Shown: positions 11,308-24,066, counted from the first letter of the whole stretch. The stretch: DNA of 58,097 nucleotides, filler included, from Squatina squatina (GCA_031763465.1; 3 parts of 3 records of this genome joined end to end with filler, not necessarily neighbours in it), one strand, 5' to 3'. Numbers and translations are program-made. The notes: generated by a model not told the origin, from the sequence alone.

Positions 11308-13167
11308 CTTGACTAATTTTCCCTCTCCCTGTAGGGAAGGGACTTCGAAGTATTTACCCATACTACTCTGTGACAGATTGCATTGATCCTCCAATATACT
11401 GACTTGTAGATTTTTTTTTAAATGTACCTAAACAGAATTGTCTTGTTTCACTGTTAATGTTCCATTGGTTTGCATGACATGCACAATAAATTGAGGTCAA
11501 ATCAATCTGAGAAACAGGACATCTGCAAACTATGTTAGTCTTAACTTTTCCATTTCTCCTCTCACATTAACCTCTTGTTGGTTTCATGTGGCTTTTCACC
11601 AGATTAATTACTAAGATTGATTCTAGTTCACTTTTAGTCTCAAAAGAATATTAGAGGATCATGTGCAGACCTGTTTAATAAACCTACCCAAGAACTATTC
11701 TTAGCGCTGTCCTGATCCAACCTCTAAAGAGTGATATACATTCCTCAAATGTTTGGACAAGATAGAAAACTGCAGCTTTCCAAAAAAGTGCTTGCCAAGA
11801 AGGCTCTGAATTGGTCATTAATTTCTACAAATAGTTATTTTTCTTATTAAGTGCACATTTTTAAAACTTAAAATAACAAAGCTAACACAGCACCATTATA
11901 GTTAACCAGTAACACATTTTGGGTTAGGGGGTGACATATATGAACAAGGCATTATTACTGATCACAAATATTAAATGCGCTTTTGGTCTATTATTCTCAA
12001 AACTTGTTTTGCGAGAGAACAAAAACAAATTGAAACCAGATATGGAGCTATACTATACTGAACAGAAAAAATTACATTTGAACTAAATAATTCCCNNNNN
12101 NNNNNNNNNNNNNNNNNNNNNNNNNNNNNNNNNNNNNNNNNNNNNNNNNNNNNNNNNNNNNNNNNNNNNNNNNNNNNNNNNNNNNNNNNNNNNNNCTCCC
12201 TCCAACACCAAATTTGGCATCCCCATTGCTGCCTTGGCTGCGATTAGCTAACTTTTCACAGACCGACACCGAATTTCTGGTTGTTCCTGGCGTGTTTCGG
12301 TCGGTATGGCGTTGGACTGTGTATTACAGAAGCTAATTTTCACTCAGAAGCTCTTGAAAGAGAAAGGCAGAAAGATACCGATTAGCACTTATTCTGGAGA
12401 ACCTCTTAAAACTCCAACAAAAAAAATCAACATTCCTGCCTTTTCATTAATTATCAAGTTTCTTTTATTGCAGTCCAGAGGTTTGATGTGTAAAATGAAT
12501 TCATTGAGACTGCACAGGCAATTGAACACAGACATCCATTGATTTGGCAGCATGTCATATGTTTTACCTGCTTCTTGGAATGCTGTCACTTTCTGATTAA
12601 TTGATAGTACTTTGCACAAATGGGCTTTAACCCATTGCATACCACAGCAGCCTGAAGGGACAAAGCAGTTTCCAGCACATATATTCAAGGGATTACTTTC
12701 CTCCTCCCAATGTGAGGACACTACGGCTAATTGTAGTGTCCCTAACACATGGCTATTTGAGATCTGCTAACGCAAACTGAGGATTGAGCCTTCCAATCTG
12801 TATATCTGAATAGTACACTGTGTGTATATCTACTCTCTCTGTAGATTTCGCTTTCTGACTCTCTCTGTACATGCGCTTTTGTGTTCTGTTTCTTTGTCTC
12901 TTACACATCCAAATTAATTTCCCCTTTTCTAAAGAAACGTTTTTCACTGTTATCAATTATTTGGTGACTTTCCCCCCAACCTCCCCTCATGGAGTGACTG
13001 GAGTGGTATAGCTCTTGATCCTGTGCACAGTCAGTAGAGTTCTCTTTTTTCGGAGAGCAAGTGAGCTTATAAATCAAACCAAGCTTCCTTCTGGGTCTCT
13101 TGGCATTGAAAATGTAAATCTAGGATTATATTTAGGACTTGTTTCACGTAAACTTTTACTTCTCTTT

Positions 13168-13256
13168 TTCAGGAAGGAAAGACAGAAAGGAAAAGGAGGT
13201 GGGGTAGCGTTGCTGGTTAGAGAGGAGAGTCACGCAATAGTAAGGAAGGACATTAG
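13168..13256 (+). mobile_element. CR1 LINE endonuclease fragment
   Basis: Translates FRKERQKGKGGGVALLVREE, the AP-endonuclease GGGVA motif. Confidence 0.75.
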
Positions 13257-13999
13257 NNNNNNNNNNNNNNNNNNNNNNNNNNNNGGAGATTTTGTGTAAC
13301 TGATTTTTCATGCTTCAGTAACAGCTTTTTCAAACTGTACTAAATGATACTCCAAAACTGTTATTGTTGTATAGTGTGAAATTTCTCTGCTTCAACTCCA
13401 TTTCATAGCCCAAAATATTTTTTTTCTTGTTTTGTGAATTGAAGACGGTTAAAAACTTGGGAAGAAAAACTTTGGTATTCTCTGGGTTATTTAAATACTG
13501 GTCATCTTGTCTGAGAATGTTGGGAATTCCTTGAGCTCCATAAAGTTTTAGACATGGTCCAGTCAAAGTGGCTCAAAGTAATCAACACTCAGCAAACAAC
13601 ATACTCACTAAAGCATGTGCGCTTCTTTAAAAAATAACATCACACATCTAAGTATCTCATGCATTTGTTCATTGCTAACCACTTAATTTGATCAGCTGGA
13701 TGTGTATCAAAGTGCATTTATTTGTTAAGTAGTTTAGTATCACTGTCAAGAATTATCTCCCCTGTTGTATTTCTGGGCTTCACTACATCTCTCCACTTCT
13801 TCCCCATGTACCTTTGTTTCTTCATTCTTGGACTTGTATTGTTATGTAATTATTTCTCTCATTTAATTTTGATCAATTTAGTGTTGATGGAAAAACCAAA
13901 ATGATAAAAAGAAAAACAATTTTTTAACTCTCTGAAATACTGGAAATAAATTCTTTAAAGTCCAGTGATTCATTCTAATATTGCATCTTAATACCATTA

Positions 14000-14156
14000 C
14001 ATGTAATATCTCCAAGTTTGCAGATGAGACAAAGCTGGGTGGGAGTGTATATTGTGAGGAGGATGCAGAGAAGCCCCAATGTGATTTGGACAGGTTGAGT
14101 GAGTGGGTAAATGCATGGCAGATGCAGTATAATGTGGATAAATGTGAGGTTATCCA
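14000..14156 (+). mobile_element. CR1 LINE reverse transcriptase fragment
   Basis: ISKFADETKLGGSV...DLDRLSEWVNAWQMQYNVDKCEVI; the FADD motif has decayed to FADE. Confidence 0.85.
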
Positions 14157-15015
14157 NNNNNNNNNNNNNNNNNNNNNNNNNNNNNNNNNNNNNNNNNNNN
14201 NNNNNNNNNNNNNNNNNNNNNNNNNNNNNNNNNNNNNNNNNNNNNNNNNNNNNNNNTATATAGTCAATCATTCTAAACTATATATGTTTTCATTCAAATA
14301 AAATGTCACCATGAAAGCATGCTATCCCTTGCTATACAGCAAGCCCTGATTATTGAGAGTTATTTTTCTAATGAAGGTGGAGCTTCACATTACCTTCAAC
14401 TGAATCCTATTCAAGGTCTCAGAGAATTACAGCAAAAGATTTCATATGGCCAGATGGGAGATGAAACCAGCTTAAGTCTGATGCAACCTGGCTACACTTT
14501 ATAGTCACATCTCAATCTACACACAAAATTAGTTCTCAGAACATGAGCTGTCTACAGTCTACTCCTATTAATTTGAAGTAGTTTATTGCTGGAAACAATT
14601 GAATTGCTCAGGAAATTCATTTTAAACAAAAGGTGGTCTTTTTGCTTGAAAAATTTTAAAACAATTATAATTCAAATGTTATAAAATGTTGTTTGGTCTA
14701 AGATCACAGCTTTCAATTTTGTTTAAGGATGCATTAAGACAGTCATTGCCAATGTAGTTAATGGTGGATGTTCCAACAGGTTTAATACTGGATTAGGGAG
14801 TGTACAGATAATTAAAGGAGAACTATATTTAATGAGTTTCTACATCATTCGAAATATTAGATATTAAGAAAGGGACTATCTGTATACTTACTGGAAAATA
14901 TTAATTATCACTAGTTCCTGTGTTATGTACTTTAAAATGACTTGCCAGAGGCAATCTGAAAAGCAGATATTTTCTAGTAAGTTAACTCTCTCATCTAGGT
15001 TATCATCTGTTAGAC

Positions 15016-15139
15016 AGTGGTAGCACCCTCGCCTTTGGGTTAGAACGTTGTGGGTTCAAGTCTTGCTCCAGAGACGTGAGCACATAATCTAGGCTGACAC
15101 TTCAGTGCAATACTGATGGAGTGCTGCACTGTTGGAGGT
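15016..15139 (+). mobile_element. DeuSINE tRNA-derived head
   Basis: A-box-like agtggtagcac, B-box ggttcaagtc, then aggctgacacttcagtgcaatactga...gtgctgcactg. Confidence 0.75.
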
Positions 15140-15149
15140 ATTGGAAGGA

Positions 15150-15330
15150 ATCGGCATCTGTGGAGGCGGCAGAGGATTAAAAAGCACGGGAGGCCAAGGC
15201 AGTGAACCTGTGAGGAGTCGGCAGCATCAGATACAAATCCGCTGAATTCCAAAAGAACAGCAAGATCAAGGAGTGACATCACAGGACTGCAGGTAGTTGA
15301 TTATTGGGTGAGTATTTGCGTTTTATTCTC
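15150..15330 (+). mobile_element. Probable CR1 5'UTR fragment
   Basis: gtgacatcacagga..gcaggtagttgatt..ggtgagtatt resembles the sequence upstream of the CR1 ORF1 at 38670-38725 (minus strand). Confidence 0.4.
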
Positions 15331-17867
15331 TCTAACTTAACCAGGTAAACTAATTATTATAACTATAAATAAGTGTGTGAATAAAGACTTTAAGAAAGCG
15401 AGAGAAGCAGCGGGTGATAAAGGTACCCAACTTTTAAGACTCTTAGGGGCCAAAATTTACCTGTTGNNNNNNNNNNNNNNNNNNNNNNNNNNNNNNNNNN
15501 NNNNNNNNNNNNNNNNNNNNNNNNNNNNNNNNNNNNNNNNNNNNNNNNNNNNNNNNNNNNNNNNNNTGCTCAAAAAAATTTGTCAAAGACCCGAATTCTG
15601 CGACTGAGCAAAATGGTGCAAAACAGGCACTAAAGTTATGGGTTTTGCTCCACTAACCTTTCAAACTTAGGGCAGACCAATTGGGCCCCCTTACTTTAAA
15701 AAAAAACAAAGTCGCATTAAAAAATCATCCAGTAAAACCGATTACACAAATGTTTCAAGAAAGGAAGGCCTCCACTGGCATCTGATTATTTGGATCGCTC
15801 GGTGTAAACGCAAGACATGAAGTTGATTTCCCAGAAGCTCAATTATTGGATCGCAGGTACCGGACTGTTTGACATCTAATAATTCAAAATGTCCTGACCC
15901 AGTCACCTGGGACCCAGTCGTTATTAGTTTGGAGCATACAAGGAGAAGGGGTATATACACAGGTCATTTTTCTTCAGTAATTTACATCCTCAAGCTTAAA
16001 AAAAGTAACATTTCACCTAATTATTTATATTTAAATGTAAACCTCACTCAGTACTGAGAGTTTATTTCAACTTTTCTTTAAATGTGAAATCCACTAGAAA
16101 TTTGTACTTTTATGACATTCACTCAGTATTTGCGACAGCTCATGTGTTACCTGATCCAAGAAAAGCACATTTTAGGTTAAACGGTGCGAGTTTACTTTGA
16201 GACAGAGTATCTTTATATTAACAAGCTCCTCTGACTTGAAGTAATAGATGTGGAGTGACTGCAAAGTAACCACATTAGAGAGAGGACATGGTCTATGTAA
16301 AGTGTTTGGTTGTTGGCCTAATGATGGGCCCTGGGCCCCATGCTCTTGACTCAAGGGACTAGGGGTTACTGGTGACCCTGTTTTTGAGCAGATCAGCCCG
16401 GGCCATTTACTCTCCTGTGTCGGGTTACAAGTTTGCTGAACAAATGGGCCCTCTCATTGGACTTGTTAGCCATATTAAATGCAAAACACTTGGAATAGGT
16501 TCTGGCAACTGTCATTCATTTTAGCTAGTGACTGGATTGAAAACAAATGGTGTATCGATGGCTACAGTTTGGAAGCATAATTCATCTCCACATTCCCTGC
16601 ATTCAAAAACAAATGCATTCGCCTTTCTCTCTCTCTCTGGAAACTAGGAAGGGAGAATGATTTACTGGATAAAGATAGGAATGTGTATTATATGGGAAGC
16701 TAATGACAGGGCTGAATGAGAAACGGTGACAGGGAGGAAGGGAGGGTGGTGCGGGACAGGCAACACTCACCCGGGTATTAGTGAAACTACAAGCTNNNNN
16801 NNNNNNNNNNNNNNNNNNNNNNNNNNNNNNNNNNNNNNNNNNNNNNNNNNNNNNNNNNNNNNNNNNNNNNNNNNNNNNNNNNNNNNNNNNNNNNNGAATG
16901 CATGTCATAACACAGTCTCTTAATGGACACGTATTGGAGGAATTTGATTAAAAGGAACATTTACTCAGGCATAGAATTATTCTCCATAAGACAAAAAAAC
17001 TGCTGGTTTCTATATCCGTCACTGAGATTATAAAAATGCATTTAAAAGTTTAATTGAGAGATAGAAACCATGTTGTGTTTGTCGATTGCAAGTTTACAGT
17101 CAACATCCGCATTATCGATGTTTCAGCGCAGAGATTTGTGTTAAACATAAGCGTTTACAAGTTCTTAATCTGCAACAACCACAATGAAAGTAGGTTTGTA
17201 GATGTAATAGAATTATTATGAAGTTGACCTGAATAAAATTTAGGTGACTTTTGGACGTGCTCACAAGTTGCTTGAAGATAAACAAAACTTTATTTTTTTA
17301 GCCCTGAAAGTAGTGTAATATTCCATTCACTTCAGTAATGAAAGGTTTTACTGTAAACCAGGAGAACCCAAATTTCCTTCAGAATAGAGCACAATACCTA
17401 ATTCTTGCACTGACATTTTACAGCTCTTTCTCCATACATCATGCGACACAGGGGTATAATTATTTCACATATGGGCTTATGATTAATAGTTCAGGTTAAT
17501 ATGAATATTTTCCCTAACGCAAGATGAATAATATTGCTATTAAAGAGATTGTGTAGAGTTGCTCTAATATGACATAGTTTCTACATGTAAAAACATTTAA
17601 TTTAAAATCTGCCCTGCGACCCTTATATATTAGTTGAATTCCTCAGCTGGTTACATACTGTTAAAAGTCAGAAATGAAACAGTTTATAGGTACATTTTCA
17701 TAGTAATATAAAACCAAGCCTCAACATTTATAGCTAGATTTCAGTTACTGTGGAATAAGACATGAAATATGGAAAAATAATTGGTGGTGTATCTGTGTTC
17801 ATGTGGCATTAATATATTAAGTTAGAAACACTGTAAGCCGCAGATACTGTTGATAAAAGTTTCAGGG

Positions 17868-18403
17868 GTAGCATTCTAGTCTCGCAGTCAGAGGGTTGTG
17901 GGTTCAAGTCCCATTTAAGAGACTTGAGCACAAGACTCTAGGCTGACCCTCCACTCCAATGCAGTACTGAGAGAGTGCTGCACTGTCAGCAGTGCTATCT
18001 TTGGGATGAGAGATCTACCCCCTCAGGTGGATCTAAAAGATCCCACGGCACTATTTGAAGAAGAACAAGGGAGTTCTCCCTGGTGTCATGGCCAATAGTT
18101 ATCTCTCAACCAACATCAGTAAAATAGATTATCTGGTTATTATTGCTAGTCATTATCTCATTACTGTTTGATTTCTTGCCATGCTCAAGCTGTGCAGTTC
18201 ATACATTACAGCAGTGACTACACTACAACAAAAGCAGTTCTGATGAAAGGTCATCGACCTAAAACTTAACTTTGTTTCTCACGCCACAGAAGCTGCCTCA
18301 CCTGTTGAGTATTTTCAGCATTTTTTATTTTTCTATTAGTGACTATACTACATTGGTTGTACTGAGGTCATGAAAGGCGCTATAGAAATGCAAGTTCTTT
18401 CTT
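17868..18403 (+). mobile_element. Near full-length DeuSINE interrupted by a Penelope-like fragment
   Basis: B-box ggttcaagtc, Deu domain aaagatcccacggcactatttgaagaagaacaagg, tail aaggcgctatagaaatgcaag; insert at about 18228-18337. Confidence 0.8.
18236..18335 (+). mobile_element. Penelope-like terminal-repeat fragment with a degenerate hammerhead motif
   Basis: AGTT-CTGATGA-A-AGGTC-ATC-GACCT-AAAA-C-TT-AACT; flanked by a 15-nt direct repeat. Confidence 0.6.
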
Positions 18404-18553
18404 GCAGGCCCGATCAATAGCGAATTTAGCTGCTTTTGATTGGTGCTGCCAAGNNNNNNNNNNNNNNNNNNNNNNNNNNNNNNNNNNNNNNNNNNNNNNN
18501 NNNNNNNNNNNNNNNNNNNNNNNNNNNNNNNNNNNNNNNNNNNNNNNNNNNNN

Positions 18554-19262
18554 CCGCTGTTTTCCCCCAAAACTTCAGTTGCATCGCATGTTTCCAGATA
18601 AGTGTGGCACCCATTTGGAGCTAATACTCAGAGGAACTCAATTTATCGATTACTATGTATGGTCCATCCCATTCTCCTTTGGGAAATGTTTGCCTGTCCC
18701 TACCTTTGATCACCATAACCTGATGCCCAACCTGATAAGCACGATGGTCAGCCTTTTGAGCAAATTCCTTTATCATGTGAGCTGTTTGCGCAGTATCAAT
18801 GTGTCCTGCCAAGCCATTAACCAAGTGTAGGTGCCTCTGGAGCAAGGTGACCCACTCCCCATTTGCGGGGGTGAATGTCAGGTGCGGGTCCATAGGGACA
18901 AACAGGTTCTCCCACATTGGCATGGATCGGCCGAATAAGGCCTCATAAGGTGATACCCAAACATTCGATTCACCCGGGACCTCACCCACATGAGTACGAA
19001 TAGCAAAAGATAAACCCAATTTCCTCCAGCACGATCACGTATTTTGGATAACTCAGCTTTAAGAGTGTGATTCATGTGTTCCACCTGCCCAGTGGCCTGG
19101 GGATGATATGGAATATGAAATTGCTGTGGGATTCCTAGGAATTCATTTAACTCCTTGAACACTTCCCCGATAAAGGCTGGGCCATTATCTGAGTCAATCA
19201 CCTGTGGCAATCCCCACCGTGCAAAGATTTCCTGCGCTAATACCCGAGCAGCTGTGGCACTG
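18554..19262 (-). pseudogene. Decayed LTR-retroelement or retrovirus-like integrase (rve core, GPY motif, C-terminal domain)
   Basis: IFARWGLPQVIDSDNGPAF...PYHPQATGQVEHMNHTLK, then a frameshift near 19015, SPYEALFGR...WDGPYIVIDKLSSSEY, an in-frame stop, and LQMGATLIWKHAMQLK. Confidence 0.88.
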
Positions 19263-19814
19263 ACTCTCACACCTTCTAGAATCTCCCCTGTAGAGAGACC
19301 CTGTGCTTTGATCTGCTACCCAATTTGCAATTCATATCATCAGAAAGCTGCTAACTCAGCTTGTACTATCTCCCAGGCTGTGCAAAAAGCTCGGTTTTTG
19401 GGTAAAACGGGCTTTCACTCCCACAAACGTCAGCTGCCTTCCACCAGCTAGGCTGCAGCCACTGGGATAGCACCTCATAGAGCACTAGGACAGGCAAAGA
19501 CACACGGAAGACAAGCACTAAGGGAATGCACAAGTGTGATCAGTTGATTTTGTTACATAGTATTGAATTGATTGACTTATAAGTGTGGATTGGAATGTTT
19601 ATTTTGTGGCGGCTTTCATTTCAACATTGTGGCCAAGAAAACACTGTGATGTTCCGTAAAAGAGGGGTTGTAAGGTAGGGAAGTGTTGAGCAACGGCGAT
19701 CTGGGGTTTCTTTCAGGGGAATCGGAGTCTGATGATGCGCTCATGACAGCCTGTCAGGATAGCGGATGTGCAGGCAGCCTCCTCCTCCGCCTCCCCCTCC
19801 TCCTCTTGAGGTGT

Positions 19815-20129
19815 TCACGGAACCTGTGGTGGCAAGGGCTGTGCCCTTATGATGGCCAAATTGTGGAAAATGCAGCAGACAATGACGAATTGCTCCGGCG
19901 AGCGCTGGAGGGCACCTCCTGAGCGGTCAAGGCAGCGGAACCGTTGCTTCAGCACCCCAGTGGTCTGCTGGATGATGTTCCTCGTGGCAGCATGGCTGTC
20001 ATTAAAGAAGTGCTGGCCATGAGTTGTGGGTTCGTGGAGGCAAGTCATCAGCCAGGTGTACAGCAGATAGTCCCTGTTGCCGAGCAGCCACCCTTGGGTT
20101 TGGCATGGTGGTTGGAAGATTGCTGATGA
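19815..20129 (-). mobile_element. PIF/Harbinger (HARBI1-like) transposase C-terminal fragment, inactivated
   Basis: GWLLGNRDYLLYTWLMT...FNDSHAATRNIIQQTTGVLKQRFRCLDRSGGALQ...CCIFHNLA corresponds to GD.GY...H..TR..IE..FG.LK.RFRCL...LHN; catalytic D reads N and E reads Q. Confidence 0.88.
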
Positions 20130-21854
20130 NNNNNNNNNNNNNNNNNNNNNNNNNNNNNNNNNNNNNNNNNNNNNNNNNNNNNNNNNNNNNNNNNNNNNNN
20201 NNNNNNNNNNNNNNNNNNNNNNNNNNNNNNNNNNNNNNNNNNNNNNNNNNNNNNNNNNNNNNNNNNNNNNNNNNNNNNNNNNNNNNNNNNNNNNNNNNNN
20301 NNNNNNNNNNNNNNNNNNNNNNNNNNNNNNNNNNNNNNNNNNNNNNNNNNNNNNNNNNNNNNNNNNNNNNNNNNNNNNNNNNNNNNNNNNNNNNNNNNNN
20401 NNNNNNNNNNNNNNNNNNNNNNNNNNNNNNNNNNNNNNNNNNNNNNNNNNNNNNNNNNNNNNNNNNNNNNNNNNNNNNNNNNNNNNNNNNNNNNNNNNNN
20501 NNNNNNNNNNNNNNNNNNNNNNNNNNNNNNNNNNNNNNNNNNNNNNNNNNNNNNNNNNNNNNNNNNNNNNNNNNNNNNNNNNNNNNNNNNNNNNNNNNNN
20601 NNNNNNNNNNNNNNNNNNNNNNNNNNNNNNNNNNNNNNNNNNNNNNNNNNNNNNNNNNNNNNNNNNNNNNNNNNNNNNNNNNNNNNNNNNNNNNNNNNNN
20701 NNNNNNNNNNNNNNNNNNNNNNNNNNNNNNNNNNNNNNNNNNNNNNNNNNNNNNNNNNNNNNNNNNNNNNNNNNNNNNNNNNNNNNNNNNNNNNNNNNNN
20801 NNNNNNNNNNNNNNNNNNNNNNNNNNNNNNNNNNNNNNNNNNNNNNNNNNNNNNNNNNNNNNNNNNNNNNNNNNNNNNNNNNNNNNNNNNNNNNNNNNNN
20901 NNNNNNNNNNNNNNNNNNNNNNNNNNNNNNNNNNNNNNNNNNNNNNNNNNNNNNNNNNNNNNNNNNNNNNNNNNNAATATTCCCAAGTGCTAAAAGTAAA
21001 ATAAAGAGCTAAAAATGTAAACAATCCAAGATTCTGACAAATGTCTAAAGAAAATAAATATGTAGGTCAAGTAAAGCTGGTAATAAATAGACCAGTGAAA
21101 ATTAAAAATAGTCAGGCAGGGATGGTGGTCTCAGCTACAGCTGCAACAACAGCCTTTTGCAGTGTCCCATTGTCATAGATGAAAGTGAGAATTATACTTA
21201 GGACCAGGTTTAGAATTTATAGTGGAGGGCAAATAAAGGTTAATTGGTAACTCATTAGTGGCCTAAAGGATACTAATTGCTTAATTACCATTATTAATTG
21301 CGACAACACTCTCATTGAAACACAAATAGTTTGCTAGATTTTACATTTCAACCAATTGTTTTGTAATCCAAACCATTATTTTCCATCTTGGTGAACTATC
21401 AAAAAGTGCTTGTTATGCATGTGAGCAGGGGTGAGGGTGGATAGGGGTGTTTTCAATTTAAATGGCTCCTCTATTAGCAAATGACCAATAAATACATGCC
21501 TTCTTGGAGAGGGCCTATTGTGTTAAATACATTCTGGAAAGGTACTAAATAACAATAAAATCTTCAATAATATGAACTTTAATGAGCAATATGTACTTTT
21601 TTTTTTGTAAATTTGATATTCACTCCAATAGGGGAGGTAATCTTGCAAGTTTACATTACTTGCACAGAGTTTGCCTGCTGGTCACACATGTCAAGAACAT
21701 GGGCATAGGCCCCCACGTTTTCCTATTCCTTAAAATGATGTCTAGTGTATCCGTAGTTACACACTATAAAGACGTCACACCTGAAACTGTTGCCTCAGAG
21801 GCATCACATTTTAGGGCATCATACCTCAAAGAATCACATGTAACTAAGACAACC

Positions 21855-21981
21855 ATAAGAACACAAGAACATAAGGAATAGGAGCAGGAGTAGGCCATTC
21901 GGCTCCTCGAGCCTGCTTCGCCAACAAGATCATAGCTGATCTTCTACCTCAATGCCATTTTCCTGCAGTATCCCCATATCT
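21855..21981 (-). mobile_element. CR1 LINE 3' end
   Basis: cataagaacacaagaacataaggaataggagcaggagtaggccattcggctcctcgagcctgc tail repeat and terminal hairpin. Confidence 0.75.
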
Positions 21982-23634
21982 NNNNNNNNNNNNNNNNNNN
22001 NNNNNNNNNNNNNNNNNNNNNNNNNNNNNNNNNNNNNNNNNNNNNNNNNNNNNNNNNNNNNNNNNNNNNNNNNNNNNNNNNCCTTGGGATGCTTTACTAT
22101 TTTAAGGGTGCTATGTAAATGCAAGTTGTTGCTGTTGGGACTGCACATTCTAATGACCCTCTATGTAACAATTGATTTTCTAAACTCCGTGTTAATTTTT
22201 TTTGTGACCTGTCATTACTGTCTTGCCAAACAATTTATCATTATTTAACTTATAATAAACAATGCTCCCTCTAGTTTTTTCTTTTCATGCATGGTCCCGT
22301 TAAATTTGATGCGCGGCCGCACATCTTAGGGAAAACGTTGGTCGTAACCTTTCATAATCTTGAAAATGTCTATCAGCTCACCCTCTAAGTTCTCAAATCT
22401 TCCTTTATAACTGTCCCATTAGTGTGAAAGTGTAATTATATCTTCCATGGACATATTATATGTGCTTTTGTTCAATAAGTATATATTCAGAATAATGCAT
22501 TACTGAAAGCTGATACAATAAATAGATAGGATATAGAACTTTTGGAAAATGTGTTTTTAAGTTCTCTGTACTGATGCATGACCATGCCCCATATTTGAAT
22601 ACAGGAGAGCAGTAGGGTCAGTTGCTTTCATTAATGTGATTGATTGTGCATTATAACACAAATCGATCTTTATTGCAATAGCTAAAGCTAAAGCTAAATG
22701 AAGGCCTGGACTGATTGTGATGAATCTTTGCAGTTAAGTCCACTCGGTCATGATCTAGTAATTGCTGTCGTGCTAAAATTGGCTTAATTGTTGTTCTTTG
22801 GCTACAGGTGTTNNNNNNNNNNAAAGTTGTGCGGAAAAATGTGATCTGTTCAGCAAAGTTTATATGCGAACTCACACATCATCTGCATGGTGTTAGCTGG
22901 GCATTTAAATTATCAGCAGGATGATTATCAAGCCCAGTATTCTTTTACTGTAACATTTGTATTTAATTGCCTACACAAAGCTTTTTACAATTATTGCCTT
23001 GCAATTTAAATTTTATATCCGATTTGATTAACTTTAAACACAGTAGTTAGATGTATTTTCCATAGTTATTGTGCAGTACTGTTCCCATTACATGTTTGAG
23101 TTCTGTTCCAAAATATATTTAGCCAACCTGTGTGTCCAGTCTTCTATGCCAACTTACAAAAGCGTTATATCTGCCAACATTCCAATCTTAGCAGGAGACT
23201 CCTAATACTTATTTTGTTTCTTGGTTGAAATTCTGTTCAGTTACTATAAAGAATAGTAATGCAAAAGCCATGAACCCCGGAATCTGCAGATTTCATATTT
23301 TCAAGTCTTTCATTTTAGACGAATAAAACAAAGCTGTAGAATGGTGCCATCATTTGATTAACATTTGTAACTGCATCACAAGAACATTTGGAGGGAGAGG
23401 AAAGGATAAAAGATACTTGTAAATTGAATTTTCAGTTAGCTGGGGATTTTTTAAATTTAGCATTCCTTTGTTCTCTGCTCCAGTCATGGAGGTTCATTCA
23501 GTGGCAGCTGTACAACAAAAGGCAGTGATATTACAGAATAAAATTAAGTTCTTCCCACATCTCTGTAAAATCCAGGGCGATGATCTAACCTCAATCTCAA
23601 GCTACTACCCAAGCATTAAAGTGAATGCAATTAC

Positions 23635-23966
23635 CAAATGTCCCGCACCAGTAAAAATAAAGTTGGCTGCGAAATTCCCCATACTGGCACCTTCTGTTAA
23701 GTGGCGGCCGCCTCACTTCCGTCTGCTTCCAGCGTGGGACATGGCGACCGCCATTCTGGAAAGGTAGGCAGTGCTGCCGTTGTCTATGCTCGCCTCTCCA
23801 ATGTAAATGTGCAGATCGTGATGTCAATTGACATGCAACACGTGAATTGACGCACGACTGCTATTTTGGACATCGTCACATGCATGCCCTTTCCTAAACA
23901 CACATGGAAAATCGTGTGTGCAGCAGTTATGCAGAGACGCTGTCAGTGCTTCTTAAAGGGACACAC
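23635..23966 (+). mobile_element. GC-rich DNA-transposon-like fragment, same family as about 37770-38100
   Basis: Shared motif gtcag..c.tcttaaa(a)gggacacac at 23942-23966 and 37958-37983. Confidence 0.4.
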
Positions 23967-24066
23967 NNNNNNNNNNNNNNNNNNNNNNNNNNNNNNNNNN
24001 NNNNNNNNNNNNNNNNNNNNNNNNNNNNNNNNNNNNNNNNNNNNNNNNNNNNNNNNNNNNNNNNNN

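Noticed and set aside
15016-15075. tRNA gene (A-box and B-box motifs; also near 17870 and 53850)
   Set aside because: Continues into the SINE body; these are tRNA-derived SINE heads without a full cloverleaf
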